In this document: positions 7,272 to 16,050 of the stretch, piece by piece
How positions within the stretch are numbered: the first letter of the stretch is position 1
Layout: each line of letters begins with the position of its first letter
Source: Horticoccus luteus
Lineage (GTDB): Bacteria; Verrucomicrobiota; Verrucomicrobiia; Opitutales; Opitutaceae
DNA length: 32,000 nucleotides
Assembly: GCF_019464535.1 (NCBI RefSeq)
Contig: NZ_CP080507.1
Coordinates: 3,540,001-3,572,000, forward strand
Reading direction: 5' to 3'
Notes under the pieces: model-generated
What the model was told of the DNA's origin: nothing
Databases searched by the model: none
What the model saw: only the letters and a program-made list of their open reading frames with translations
Translations under genes and position numbers: made by a program

Positions 7272-8444
7272 ATGCCTACGTTCCGACCCGCAATCCTCGC
7301 TTTGGAAGATGGTTCGATTTTTCGCGGCCGCGCCTTCGGGGCCGACGCCACCATCGCAGGCGAATGCGTGTTTAACACGTCCATGACCGGCTATCAGGAG
7401 ATCCTCACCGACCCCTCCTACTTCGGCCAGATCGTCACCATGACCGCCGTGCAAATCGGCAACTACGGCATCAACCCCGAAGATGCCGAAGCCGGCGCTC
7501 CCAAGTGCTCCGGCTTCGTCGTGCGCGAACTCTCTCCCATCGTCAGCAACTGGCGCAGCCAGATCTCGCTCGACGATTATCTCCGCCAATACGGCATCCC
7601 CGGCATCAGCGAAATCGACACCCGGGCGCTGACCAAAAAGCTTCGCGTCGACGGCGCCATGAAGTGCTGCCTCAGCACGCTGCCCCTCACCGACGCCGAG
7701 GCCGTTGAACGCGCCCGCGCATGGCGTGATATGAGCGGCTCCGATTACGTGAAAGACGTCACCTGCTCTGCGCCCTTCATCTGGAGCCCCACCGACCCCG
7801 CCAATTTCAACACCCCCTATCTCCCCGTCGGCACCTCGCTCAACGTGCCTCACACCCCGGCAAAAAAATTCCGCGTCGCCGCCTTCGATTACGGCGCGAA
7901 GCACAGCATCTTTCGCAAACTCGTGCAGCACGGCTTTGACGTGCAGGTTTTTCCCGCCATGGCCACGGCGGCTCAAGTCCGCGAACAAAAGCCCGACGCC
8001 CTCTTTCTCTCCAACGGCCCCGGCGATCCCGCCGCCCTCCCTTACGTGCACCAAACCGTCACGGAGTTGCTGCCCGAATATCCGACGTTCGGCATCTGCC
8101 TCGGCCACCAGATGATCACACACGCGCTCGGTGGTTCGACCTACAAACTCAAATTCGGCCACCGCGGCGGCAACCAGCCGGTCAAAAACATCGAGACCGG
8201 CCGCGTCTCCATCACCGCGCAAAATCACGGTTTCGCCACCGATCCCAAATCGATCGAAAGCCGCGGCGCCAAGGTCACCGAGATCAATCTCAACGACAAC
8301 ACCGTCGAGGGCCTGCGCCATAACACGCTTCCCGTTTTCAGCGTGCAATATCACCCCGAAGCCGCGCCCGGACCAAACGACGCCGACCCGCTGTTCGTGG
8401 ATTTCTACAAGATGGTCGAAGCCCGCAAGGCCGGCAAAATCTGA
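7272..8444 (+). CDS. carA: Carbamoyl-phosphate synthase small (glutaminase) subunit
   Basis: Start trimmed to ATG 7272 (MPTFRPAILALEDGSIFRG...). Motifs: NTSMTGYQEILTDPSY, catalytic Cys in GICLGHQ, HRGGNQPV and QYHPEA. 390 aa. Confidence 0.95.
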   Translation: MPTFRPAILALEDGSIFRGRAFGADATIAGECVFNTSMTGYQEILTDPSYFGQIVTMTAVQIGNYGINPEDAEAGAPKCSGFVVRELSPIVSNWRSQISLDDYLRQYGIPGISEIDTRALTKKLRVDGAMKCCLSTLPLTDAEAVERARAWRDMSGSDYVKDVTCSAPFIWSPTDPANFNTPYLPVGTSLNVPHTPAKKFRVAAFDYGAKHSIFRKLVQHGFDVQVFPAMATAAQVREQKPDALFLSNGPGDPAALPYVHQTVTELLPEYPTFGICLGHQMITHALGGSTYKLKFGHRGGNQPVKNIETGRVSITAQNHGFATDPKSIESRGAKVTEINLNDNTVEGLRHNTLPVFSVQYHPEAAPGPNDADPLFVDFYKMVEARKAGKI

Positions 8445-8481
8445 CCTCGACAGTAAGCGTAATTTGCTGTAATTAAATGTG

Positions 8482-8532
8482 ATGGCTTAATAGCCATACT
8501 TTTCTATTGCACAGTATGGCAGGGTAGCCATA
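8482..8532. promoter_or_regulatory. Two palindromic putative VapB operator sites in an A/T-rich leader
   Basis: atggct-taat-agccat (8482..8497) and tatggc-agggta-gccata (8515..8532) share the half-site ATGGC/GCCAT. They lie 11-60 nt upstream of the vapB ATG (8543). Confidence 0.4.
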
Positions 8533-8542
8533 CCTATTCGTT

Positions 8543-8803
8543 ATGAAGATGACGATGCACATCGACGAGGAAGTCCTCGACCGGGTCATGAAGATCACCG
8601 GTGCCTCCACCAAAACCGAAGCCGTCGAAATCGCGCTGAACGAGATGGCGCGGCGGCACAAGATGAAGGAGCTCTTTTCCGCGGGTCTCGGCTTGGCTCC
8701 GGACGAACTTCGGGAAGCCTTCGATCCTGCCTCTCTCGCCATAGACGACCACGGCCTCGCCGCCGAAGACAGCTCGCCGTATGGCCAACCTGATCCTTCC
8801 TGA
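8543..8803 (+). CDS. vapB: VapB-type antitoxin (DUF2191-like)
   Basis: 86 aa. MKMTMHIDEEVLDRVMKITGASTKTEAVEIALNEMARRHK is the typical N-terminal DNA-binding module of VapB/DUF2191 antitoxins. It overlaps the downstream PIN gene by 23 nt. Confidence 0.75.
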   Translation: MKMTMHIDEEVLDRVMKITGASTKTEAVEIALNEMARRHKMKELFSAGLGLAPDELREAFDPASLAIDDHGLAAEDSSPYGQPDPS

Positions 8804-9173
8804 TAGCAACATCTACATCGACGCCCTTCGCGCCGGGGTAGATCCATTTCAAACCTTCTCGCCTCACCTCGAAGAGTGGGAGTTTGGCACCTGTGGCATG
8901 GTGATGCTCGAGGTCTGCCGAGGTCTGCGCGATCCCGCTGTCCTCAAACGTTTCCGCGAGCGTTTCAGCGTGATGATTTACGTGCCGACCACGAACGCCA
9001 TCTGGGGTCGCGCCACCCATCTTGCATGGGCCCTCGACCGACAGGGCCGCACGTTGCCCTCCCAGGATCTGCTGATCGCCGGTTGCGCCCTGCATGCCGG
9101 CGCAGTCGTGCTCACGCGCGACGCCCACTTTCAAAACATCCCCGGCCTGCGCACAATGGAACGTCTGCCGTGA
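8781..9173 (+). CDS. vapC: PIN-domain toxin, VapC family
   Basis: 130 aa. N-terminal ILPDSNIYID carries the first acidic PIN residue. Later blocks are PSQDLLIAGCAL and VLTRDAHF. It is paired with an upstream small antitoxin. Confidence 0.85.
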   Translation: MANLILPDSNIYIDALRAGVDPFQTFSPHLEEWEFGTCGMVMLEVCRGLRDPAVLKRFRERFSVMIYVPTTNAIWGRATHLAWALDRQGRTLPSQDLLIAGCALHAGAVVLTRDAHFQNIPGLRTMERLP

Positions 9174-9216
9174 AGGCACGCCGCCGGACACCCCCGCTCT
9201 GGTAAGTTCCGCGCCC

Positions 9217-11325
9217 CTAACCGCCCACCTCGACGACCCGCTCTTCGCCGAGGTGCCGCAACGTCACCTGCGCCGGCGTCAGCTCCGGCGCTGCCACCGG
9301 CCCCAGTTTCACCCCCTCGAGCGTCGGCTCCACCCCCAACAGCCACCGCGGCAGCGCCGCCGCCACGAGCCCTTGGTCCGCCAAAAACGGCTCCGCTGAA
9401 ATCAGATCGTAGCTCGGAAACTCGCCCGGAATTTCCACCGGTATCATGGTGCGACTCGGCTCGCCCTGATAATCCCAATAGTTGCACCCCTCCACGAGCG
9501 CCGTCTGCTCGAACCGCGCGACCACGCGCCGCCACGCCTCCACCGCCTCCGCCGTATGGCCCGTCTTCATCAATGCGCCGATCCAGTGGTAGTTCCACGA
9601 CGCCAGACATCCCCCGTTCATCGTCTGCCCGAATCGCGTCACATCGCTCCCAAACGTGCGAAACATAAACGACTGCGTCTCCGCGTCGTAGAAGTTCGTC
9701 TGAATCGAGAAACAATTTTCCCACGCCGGCCCAAGCTCATGCCGCCGCGCGAGGATCGCCGCCACCACTCGCCGCGCCTTCTCCTCCGGCACCATGCCCG
9801 CGCAAATCGCCATCAACTGCGGTGGCGCATAGAGATAAAAATGCCCGCGGCCGTCCGCCTCCACCCAGTCGGCATAAAACCCTTTCTCTTCGCTCCAAAA
9901 CTCCGCGTTAAACGCCGCGCCCACGGCCGCCGCATCCCGCTCCGCCGCGGCCGCCTCGTCCTCGCGCCCCAGCCATCGCGCGACCTCGCTCGCCGCCCGC
10001 AGTCCCATCCACGCGAGGATATTTACGTAGCCGATGTGCCCCGTCCGCGCAATCCAGTCCCAGTAGTCGTTGCCGGTCTCACGCGCCGTGCTGATCAACC
10101 CGCCGCCCTCGGCGAGTTGCGCCCGCAACCGGGCCAACGCCGCCTCCGCTCCCGCCCACAACTCCGCCCCACTCTCGCGATCACCCGTCACCACCAACAC
10201 ATCCCGCATCGCCACCAGAAACGACGGATAAAAATCGAGCGACGTGCTGCTCTGGTAACCTGCGCCCACCGTGCCGCTCCGCCGCAGATTTTCCGCCATC
10301 CGCGTCACTTCCCCCACGAGCACGTCCTGTCCATCCGTGCTCGCCGGTCCGAGCGCGCCGCGGGGCACGCCAAACTTCAGCATCTCACTTTGCATGTAGC
10401 GGCAAAACAGCGCCACATAACCCGCCGGCTGATTCCCCAGCCGCCACAGCTGCGTGTCCGCCATGATCCCGCAGTTCGCATACACATCGAAAAAACGCCG
10501 CGTCACCTCCGCCTCGCGCCACCCCGTCGCACCGCGCTCCACCTCCACCCCGAGCGCCATGCCCGTCTCGCTCGCCGCCGGTTCCCACGCGATTTCAGTT
10601 TCGACCACCTCGCCCGCGCGAAACGTCCGCGGCCCGGCTGCGTCGCACCACGCGCTCTGTCCCAGCACCGACGCGAAGTTCAAAATCTCGCCCTTCTTTA
10701 AGTGGTGCGACGTCGCCACGCGCCAGTCGCCGTTCGGCACCGCGTGCGACAACAACTTCGCGACCACCCACCCGCCCCCTTCCCGCCGCGTCTGCCGCGT
10801 CCACGCCGTCACCGACTCGGTGCCGAGAATCGTGCCGTTTCCATAAAACCCATCGCCCGCCATTCCGCGTTCCCACAGTTGAAACACCGTCGCTTCGCCC
10901 CACGCCGCCTCCGCCGCGAAGAAAAGCCCCGGCGTCAACGCGTCCGCCACCTCCACGGTTTCCTTCCACTCCTGCCGGATCGTCCACGTGAGCCGCGCTC
11001 CATCGAGCCGCAGGCGCCACGTTTCCCGCACTGCGCCGAATTCGATCTCGCCCAATGTCACCTCCGTCGCCGTTCGGCCCGCGCTCAGTCTTGCCAGCAA
11101 CGATTCCCCGCTCCGCCGCCAGTTGCCCGACGCATCGACATACACGCTTTGCGCGCCAACGGGTCCGGTGAGGGGCAAATGCGACGAACGCGGCGCGCCG
11201 GTTTTCAACAAATTGGCGCACCACTTTCCCTCGCCCCATGCATCGAACTGCAACTCCGCCACGCGCGGCTGCTCCGCCGCGACCACCACCCGCCAAAACC
11301 CATTCCGCAGCACGTGCATGCTCAT
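9217..11325 (-). CDS. Six-hairpin (alpha/alpha)6 glycoside-hydrolase-like protein (GDE_C / rhamnosidase-like fold); family not resolved
   Basis: 702 aa with ATG at 11325 and no signal peptide. The C-terminal half (NDYWDWIARTGHIGYVNILAWMGLRAASEVARWLG...FNAEFWSEEKGFYADW...PPQLMAICAGMV...) resembles the glucoamylase/debranching-enzyme (alpha/alpha)6 pattern. The N-terminal half looks like a beta-sandwich. Confidence 0.65.
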   Translation of the reverse strand: MSMHVLRNGFWRVVVAAEQPRVAELQFDAWGEGKWCANLLKTGAPRSSHLPLTGPVGAQSVYVDASGNWRRSGESLLARLSAGRTATEVTLGEIEFGAVRETWRLRLDGARLTWTIRQEWKETVEVADALTPGLFFAAEAAWGEATVFQLWERGMAGDGFYGNGTILGTESVTAWTRQTRREGGGWVVAKLLSHAVPNGDWRVATSHHLKKGEILNFASVLGQSAWCDAAGPRTFRAGEVVETEIAWEPAASETGMALGVEVERGATGWREAEVTRRFFDVYANCGIMADTQLWRLGNQPAGYVALFCRYMQSEMLKFGVPRGALGPASTDGQDVLVGEVTRMAENLRRSGTVGAGYQSSTSLDFYPSFLVAMRDVLVVTGDRESGAELWAGAEAALARLRAQLAEGGGLISTARETGNDYWDWIARTGHIGYVNILAWMGLRAASEVARWLGREDEAAAAERDAAAVGAAFNAEFWSEEKGFYADWVEADGRGHFYLYAPPQLMAICAGMVPEEKARRVVAAILARRHELGPAWENCFSIQTNFYDAETQSFMFRTFGSDVTRFGQTMNGGCLASWNYHWIGALMKTGHTAEAVEAWRRVVARFEQTALVEGCNYWDYQGEPSRTMIPVEIPGEFPSYDLISAEPFLADQGLVAAALPRWLLGVEPTLEGVKLGPVAAPELTPAQVTLRHLGEERVVEVGG

Positions 11326-11520
11326 TCCCTTTCCGTTGAGCCGTGCTCGCGAGCCCGCAAGCGCGAACTAAACCCGATGCCGCTGGCTCCGCGGCATCTG
11401 CTAGCTCGACAAACGGGTCGATGAACTAGCGAAGGGAAAGACCTTGGACAAAATCCTCTCCGATTGACCGCCCGCGGGACGTTCACGCAGGGAACGAAGC
11501 GACGTCCTCCTGCACTTCTC

Positions 11521-12267
11521 TCATCCCAGCCACTGCTCAAACTTCACGGCGTCCTCCGGCGTATCGACGCCGATGGTCGGGTCCGTTGTCAGGTCGCACG
11601 CGATTTCGTAGCCGTTTTCCAGCACACGCAACTGCTCCAATTTTTCAATCTGCTCAAGTTTCCCGGCCGGCAGACCGGCAAACTTCTCCAGCAACTCAGC
11701 GCCATACGCATACAACCCAAGGTGCCGGTAGCACGGATTCGCCCGCACCCATGCATCGTCGACCACCCCGCCCCGCTCGCGCGCGAACGGCAGCGGCGAG
11801 CGCGAAAAAAACAGCGCCCGCTGCCTGGCCTCCGCCAGCACCACCTTCACTTGGTTGGGATTCGCGAAATCCGTCGCCGTCTGAAACCGCGTCGCCAAAG
11901 TTGCCATCGGCGCACCGCCGGCCAGCAGACCCGCCAGTGCCCGGATCTGCGCGCCGCTCACCAACGGCTCGTCCGCCTGCACATTGATCACCCGCTCCGC
12001 GCGCACCGCCCGGTTCGCCTCCGCCAGCCGATCCGTGCCGCTCACATGTGCCGCACTCGTCATGATGATGCGGAACCCTCCTCCCTTCAGGCAATTCGCC
12101 AGCAACACGTCGTCCACCGCGAAAAACAGCGGAAATTCCGGCGCTTCCGCGGCGATTCGCTCCGCCACCCAGCGCACCAACGGCTTACCCCTGATCTCAT
12201 GTAACAGCTTCCGCGGGAAGCGCGTAGACTCCAACCGGCACGGCACCACGATCGCGAGCGGGAACAT
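11521..12267 (-). CDS. kdsB: 3-deoxy-manno-octulosonate cytidylyltransferase (CMP-KDO synthetase)
   Basis: Start trimmed to ATG 12267 ([31 protein letters not shown]...). Blocks: [25 protein letters not shown] and [10 protein letters not shown]. 248 aa. Confidence 0.9.
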   Translation of the reverse strand: MFPLAIVVPCRLESTRFPRKLLHEIRGKPLVRWVAERIAAEAPEFPLFFAVDDVLLANCLKGGGFRIIMTSAAHVSGTDRLAEANRAVRAERVINVQADEPLVSGAQIRALAGLLAGGAPMATLATRFQTATDFANPNQVKVVLAEARQRALFFSRSPLPFARERGGVVDDAWVRANPCYRHLGLYAYGAELLEKFAGLPAGKLEQIEKLEQLRVLENGYEIACDLTTDPTIGVDTPEDAVKFEQWLG

Positions 12268-12352
12268 GCCCCCGACATTGCCCACCCGGTTTTTGGGTTG
12301 CAAGCCGCCGCACCTTCCCGGACTTTCCCGGCCCTTCCGTTTAACCGAGTTC

Positions 12353-12652
12353 ATGAATCCAAGCGACGCCAGCACTGCCAGTCAGCCCCAAATCAAGGAC
12401 CTGATCGTGCAGAACAAGATGGGCATTCACGCCCGTCCCGCCGCGATGATCGTGCGGATCACCAACAAGTTCAAAGCCGACGTCCTCGTCGAAAAGGACG
12501 AGGAGCAGGTCAACGGCAAGAGCATCATGGGCCTCATGATGCTCGCCGCTGGCAAGGGCTCGAAGGTCAAGTTCATCGCCACCGGCGACGATGCCGCCGC
12601 CATGCTCGCCGAGTTGGAGCAGCTCTTCGCCCGCAAGTTCGACGAGGCGTAA
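12353..12652 (+). CDS. ptsH: Phosphocarrier protein HPr
   Basis: Start trimmed to ATG 12353. 99 aa with the His-15 motif [11 protein letters not shown] and the Ser-46 motif [12 protein letters not shown]. Confidence 0.9.
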   Translation: MNPSDASTASQPQIKDLIVQNKMGIHARPAAMIVRITNKFKADVLVEKDEEQVNGKSIMGLMMLAAGKGSKVKFIATGDDAAAMLAELEQLFARKFDEA

Positions 12653-12723
12653 AGTCGCCCAACGCCCGCTCGCTTTAGCGCGTTCTTCGTCGCGCTCCGA
12701 TCGGTTCGAATCGCACCAACTTG

Positions 12724-12748
12724 TTGTGGGCGGGGTGCCCTCACCCCG
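12724..12748 (+). repeat. REP-like element, copy A (GTGG plus 8-bp GC palindrome)
   Basis: tGTGGgcggggtg-ccct-caccccgc. 19 nt (ggcggggtgccctcacccc) are identical to copy C at 29077..29095. Intergenic, downstream of ptsH. Confidence 0.6.
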
Positions 12749-12893
12749 CGAAAAAGAGCGCAAACTGCAGGCTAAGCGCTCCTCGCCACCGCGGCTCGCC
12801 CCAAACTTAAGCCACTCTGGCCCGACCGCTTTACAGGCGATCTATTTCACGAAACCGCGCTGGCTTTTTGCGGGATTGCACGGCGCGTTTCTT

Positions 12894-13697
12894 TCAAAGT
12901 CCGAAAAACGCCCGCGCATTCGCCGTGCTCGCCGCCGCCAGCGTGGCGAACGGCACCTCCAGCACCTCCGCGGCCGCAAATTCCGCCGTGTGCCGCACAA
13001 ACGCCGGCTCGTTCGGCTTCCCGCGGTGCGGCACCGGCGTGAGATACGGCGCATCTGTTTCGACCATGAAGCGCTCCAGCCCCTGCACCTTCGCCGCCGC
13101 CCGCACGTTCTCCGCGCTCTTGTAAGTCAAAATCCCCGTAAACGAACCGCGTCCGCCCCGGCGCATCACCTCGCGCATCTCCGCCTCGCCTTCCACGAAG
13201 CAGTGAAACACCACGCGCGCCCACTCCACTCCGCTCGCATCGATCATCTCCACGCACTCCGCAAACGCGCCGCGCGAATGCACCACCACCGGACAATTCA
13301 GCCGCTTCGCCCACGCCAACTGCGCCGCAAACGCCTCGCGTTGCCACGCGAAAACCGTCTCCGCCTCCGCCGGTTCCTTCGGCAAATGAAACCGATCCAG
13401 TCCGCACTCCCCCAGCGCCACTGGCCGCGGACCTCCTTTCTCCCCGTCCCAAAACGCCGCCATTTCCGCCACCTGCGCCGCCCAAGTTTCGTCCACGGAG
13501 CACGGATGCAGCCCCACCGTGTAATGCACGAAACCCGGCCGCGCCGCCGCGATCTCGCGATACAACGCCCAATCGTCATTCGCCGTGCCGATCGTGATCA
13601 TCGCCTCCACCCCCGCCGCGCGCGCGCGCGCCAGCGCCGCGTCCAGTGTGCCCTGTCGCGCAAACGTTTCCAGATGCGTGTGCGTATCGATCAACAT
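12894..13697 (-). CDS. tatD: TatD-family metal-dependent hydrolase/DNase
   Basis: Start trimmed to ATG 13697 (MLIDTHTHL...). Blocks: GLHP, ALGECGLD, VVVHSR and ETDAPYL. 267 aa. Confidence 0.9.
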   Translation of the reverse strand: MLIDTHTHLETFARQGTLDAALARARAAGVEAMITIGTANDDWALYREIAAARPGFVHYTVGLHPCSVDETWAAQVAEMAAFWDGEKGGPRPVALGECGLDRFHLPKEPAEAETVFAWQREAFAAQLAWAKRLNCPVVVHSRGAFAECVEMIDASGVEWARVVFHCFVEGEAEMREVMRRGGRGSFTGILTYKSAENVRAAAKVQGLERFMVETDAPYLTPVPHRGKPNEPAFVRHTAEFAAAEVLEVPFATLAAASTANARAFFGL

Positions 13698-13840
13698 GTC
13701 ACCACGTTCCCTCATTCCGCCTCCGTCCGCCAGCGAAACCCCGTCGCTCCCGCTCTTCCCGGCGATTTGCCGCTCCCAAGGCGTCTACTTTCGCAACGAG
13801 TAGCCAGCAGATCGCGTCAGGCGGATCGCGGGATCGCGCG

Positions 13841-14422
13841 TCACGCTCCGGGAAATGGCGAGTAGGACGCGCTCATGAGATCCTCCCGCAGATGCATGCC
13901 CTGCGGCCCCACTTCGATCGGCACGATGAACACGGACTCGCGCGGCTCACCATCCACTTTGCCCGCTGCAAACGTCCACAACTTCACCGCCTCAATCGCC
14001 GGTTCATTCAATCGCACATTCGTCGAACGCACGGCGCGCGCCTCGATGACCCGTCCATCCACCCCAATCCGCGCCGCCACCGTCACAAGCGCCTGCGCGG
14101 CTTCATGCCCCGCCCACGACGGGTATTGCGGCCACTCGATGTGCAGCAACTTCGGCGCTTCCACCGTTTGATCCGGCCCAAATATCGGCGGCCGATAGCC
14201 CGGCGATTTGGCAAACGCCCGATTTACTTCCGCCGGAGTCACGGCGTCCGGATCGTCCGGCGCCTGAAACCGCCGCGCCTCCTGCTCCTTCAATCCTTTG
14301 TTGGTCTCGTGAAGATAAGCCTGCTCCGGATCGGGTTCCGGCACCGTGTTGCAACCGGCGACTCCCAGAATTAACACCCCGACTGCAAGGACCGGCCAGA
14401 CCGACGACTTGGTTCGTTTCAT
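13841..14422 (-). CDS. Lipoprotein carrying a TonB C-terminal (energy-transducer) domain
   Basis: 193 aa. Lipobox signal peptide MKRTKSSVWPVLAVGVLILGVAGC. C-terminal TonB_C pattern: IEWPQYPSWAGHEAAQALVTVAARIGVDGRVIEARAVRST...AIEAVKLWTFAAGKVDGEP. Confidence 0.75.
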   Translation of the reverse strand: MKRTKSSVWPVLAVGVLILGVAGCNTVPEPDPEQAYLHETNKGLKEQEARRFQAPDDPDAVTPAEVNRAFAKSPGYRPPIFGPDQTVEAPKLLHIEWPQYPSWAGHEAAQALVTVAARIGVDGRVIEARAVRSTNVRLNEPAIEAVKLWTFAAGKVDGEPRESVFIVPIEVGPQGMHLREDLMSASYSPFPGA

Positions 14423-14486
14423 CGGCCGGCTTTTAGCCGTGGAGCGAAGAAAATTCCAGCCGCGTCTTCACGCCCCTTCGCCCCGG

Positions 14487-15965
14487 TCAGCCATACCGTT
14501 CCCGCAGATACCGCACGAGCGCCCGCGGCGAAAGCTCCTCGCCCGTCACCCGCTGCGTCAACTCCAGCGCGTCGAAGCGCCGTCCCTGCGCATGCACCTG
14601 CGTGCGCAGCCATTGCAGCAGCCACCCAAACTCCCCGCGGGCGAAATCGGCTTCCAGCGCCGGCCGTTCCGCCAACGCTCGATACCATAGCTGCGCCGCC
14701 ATCATGTTTCCCAACGTGTAACTCGGGAAATACCCAAACGAGCCGTCGCTCCAATGCACATCCTGCAGCACGCCGTCCCGATCACTCGTGGGCGTCAACC
14801 CGATCAATTCCGCCGACGCCGCGTTCCACGCCGCGGGCAGATCCCGCACCGCCAGACTCCCGTCAAACAACCGCCGCTCGATCTCGAACCGCAGCACGAT
14901 GTGCAAATTATACGTCACCTCATCCGCATCGACCCGGATCAACGTCGGCGCGACGGCGTTGATCGCCCGATAAAGCGCCTCCGAGGTCACGCCCGCCGTC
15001 TGCGCCGGAAACCGCTCCCGCCAGCGCGGCTCGAAAAACCGCCAGAACCCGCGGCTCCGCCCCACTTGGTTTTCCCACAACCGGCTCTGCGATTCGTGTG
15101 CGGCCATCCCCGCCGCCATACCCAGCGCGGTTCCGAAATCCGCCCGCGTCAACCCTTGTTCATAAAGGCCGTGCCCCGTCTCGTGAATGGCGCTGAACAG
15201 CGAATCAAGCGGCTCATCGTCTTTGAACCTAGTCGTCATTCGCACGTCGTCGCCCGAGCCGGAGCAAAACGGATGCAGCGACACATCAATCCGGCCGCGC
15301 TCGTAGTCGAACCCGAGCCGCTCCGTCACCTCGCGCAAAAACTCCTGCTGGGCCTCGACCGCAAATCCCCGCCACGCCAGCCCCGCCGGCTCACGCCTTG
15401 CCGCCGCCACCACCTCCCGCGCGAATGGCACCAGCTCCCGCTTCAACTCCGCAAACAACGCTCCGATCCGCGCGGCACTCAGCCCCGGATCATGCTTGTC
15501 GATCATGTAATCGTATTCGCGCCCCGCCCAACCAAGATAAGCCGCCTCCCGCCGCGCGAGATCCAGGTTTCGCTCCAACACCGCCGCGTAAAGTCCGAAA
15601 TCCGCCTTCGCGCGCGCCTCCGCCCACGCATGGTATCCACGGCTGCCCTGCTGCGCTTTTTCCCGCACGAACTCGACCGGCAGCTTCGTCGCGCGGTCGA
15701 AATCCCGCCGCGCCTGCTTCACCACCGCCGCCTCATCCGCGCTCAACGTCTCGCCTTCCAACGCGGTTAACAATTCCCCGATGCGGGGCGCCTTCGCCGC
15801 CGCGTGCTGCAGCTCCGCAATCGCCGCCTGCTGCTCACCGCGCTGGTCCGCGCTCGCCGCCGGCAGGTTCACCTGCTCGTCCCAGCCAAGCAATTGCCCG
15901 ACCGTATCCAAGGTAAACGCCCGCCGCAGCCATTGCCGCAGCTCATCCATCGTCGCGGAGCTCAT
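14487..15965 (-). CDS. M32 (Taq-type) metallocarboxypeptidase
   Basis: Start trimmed to ATG 15965 (MSSATMDELRQWL...). Motifs: HETGHGLYE (HExxH), DVRMTTRF, HESQSRLWEN and GYFPSYTLGN. 493 aa. Confidence 0.9.
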   Translation of the reverse strand: MSSATMDELRQWLRRAFTLDTVGQLLGWDEQVNLPAASADQRGEQQAAIAELQHAAAKAPRIGELLTALEGETLSADEAAVVKQARRDFDRATKLPVEFVREKAQQGSRGYHAWAEARAKADFGLYAAVLERNLDLARREAAYLGWAGREYDYMIDKHDPGLSAARIGALFAELKRELVPFAREVVAAARREPAGLAWRGFAVEAQQEFLREVTERLGFDYERGRIDVSLHPFCSGSGDDVRMTTRFKDDEPLDSLFSAIHETGHGLYEQGLTRADFGTALGMAAGMAAHESQSRLWENQVGRSRGFWRFFEPRWRERFPAQTAGVTSEALYRAINAVAPTLIRVDADEVTYNLHIVLRFEIERRLFDGSLAVRDLPAAWNAASAELIGLTPTSDRDGVLQDVHWSDGSFGYFPSYTLGNMMAAQLWYRALAERPALEADFARGEFGWLLQWLRTQVHAQGRRFDALELTQRVTGEELSPRALVRYLRERYG

Positions 15966-16050
15966 GGCCGCACTGAACGCGCACTTGCCCGCCAACACCA
16001 GCGCGATGTCGCTCCGCTCGCCACCTTCTCCAGTGCCGCCGCGACGCCCG

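Noticed and set aside
6777-8354. 525-aa minus-strand ORF spanning the carA region and the kamA 5' end
   Set aside because: It is antisense to carA, whose catalytic motifs are clear. The sequence is Gly/Ala/Arg-rich with no domains, and it would cross the divergent promoter region. This is a high-GC shadow ORF.
9556-11424. 381-aa and 240-aa + strand ORFs (and 10595..11296 on the minus strand) over the glycosidase-like gene
   Set aside because: They have Arg/Pro/His-rich composition and no motifs, and they are antisense to or frame-shifted from a 702-aa ORF with a coherent (alpha/alpha)6-like pattern.
11376-11429. Two hairpins (gatgccgc/gcggcatc, and ctag-tcgac/gtcga-ctag) between kdsB and the glycosidase-like gene
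   Set aside because: The structures are visible but carry no U-tract, no recognisable riboswitch motif and no second copy elsewhere. Evidence is insufficient to assign a function.
12690-12720. ggttcgaatc T-loop-like string downstream of ptsH (possible tRNA)
   Set aside because: Only a 4-bp stem flanks the GGTTCGAAT-like loop. No acceptor, D or anticodon arms can be drawn, so this is not a tRNA.
12591-13865. 424-aa + strand ORF over tatD and 241-aa ORF 12847..13572(-)
   Set aside because: The TatD frame (12894..13697, minus strand) contains all family motifs. The alternatives are Arg-rich low-complexity translations.
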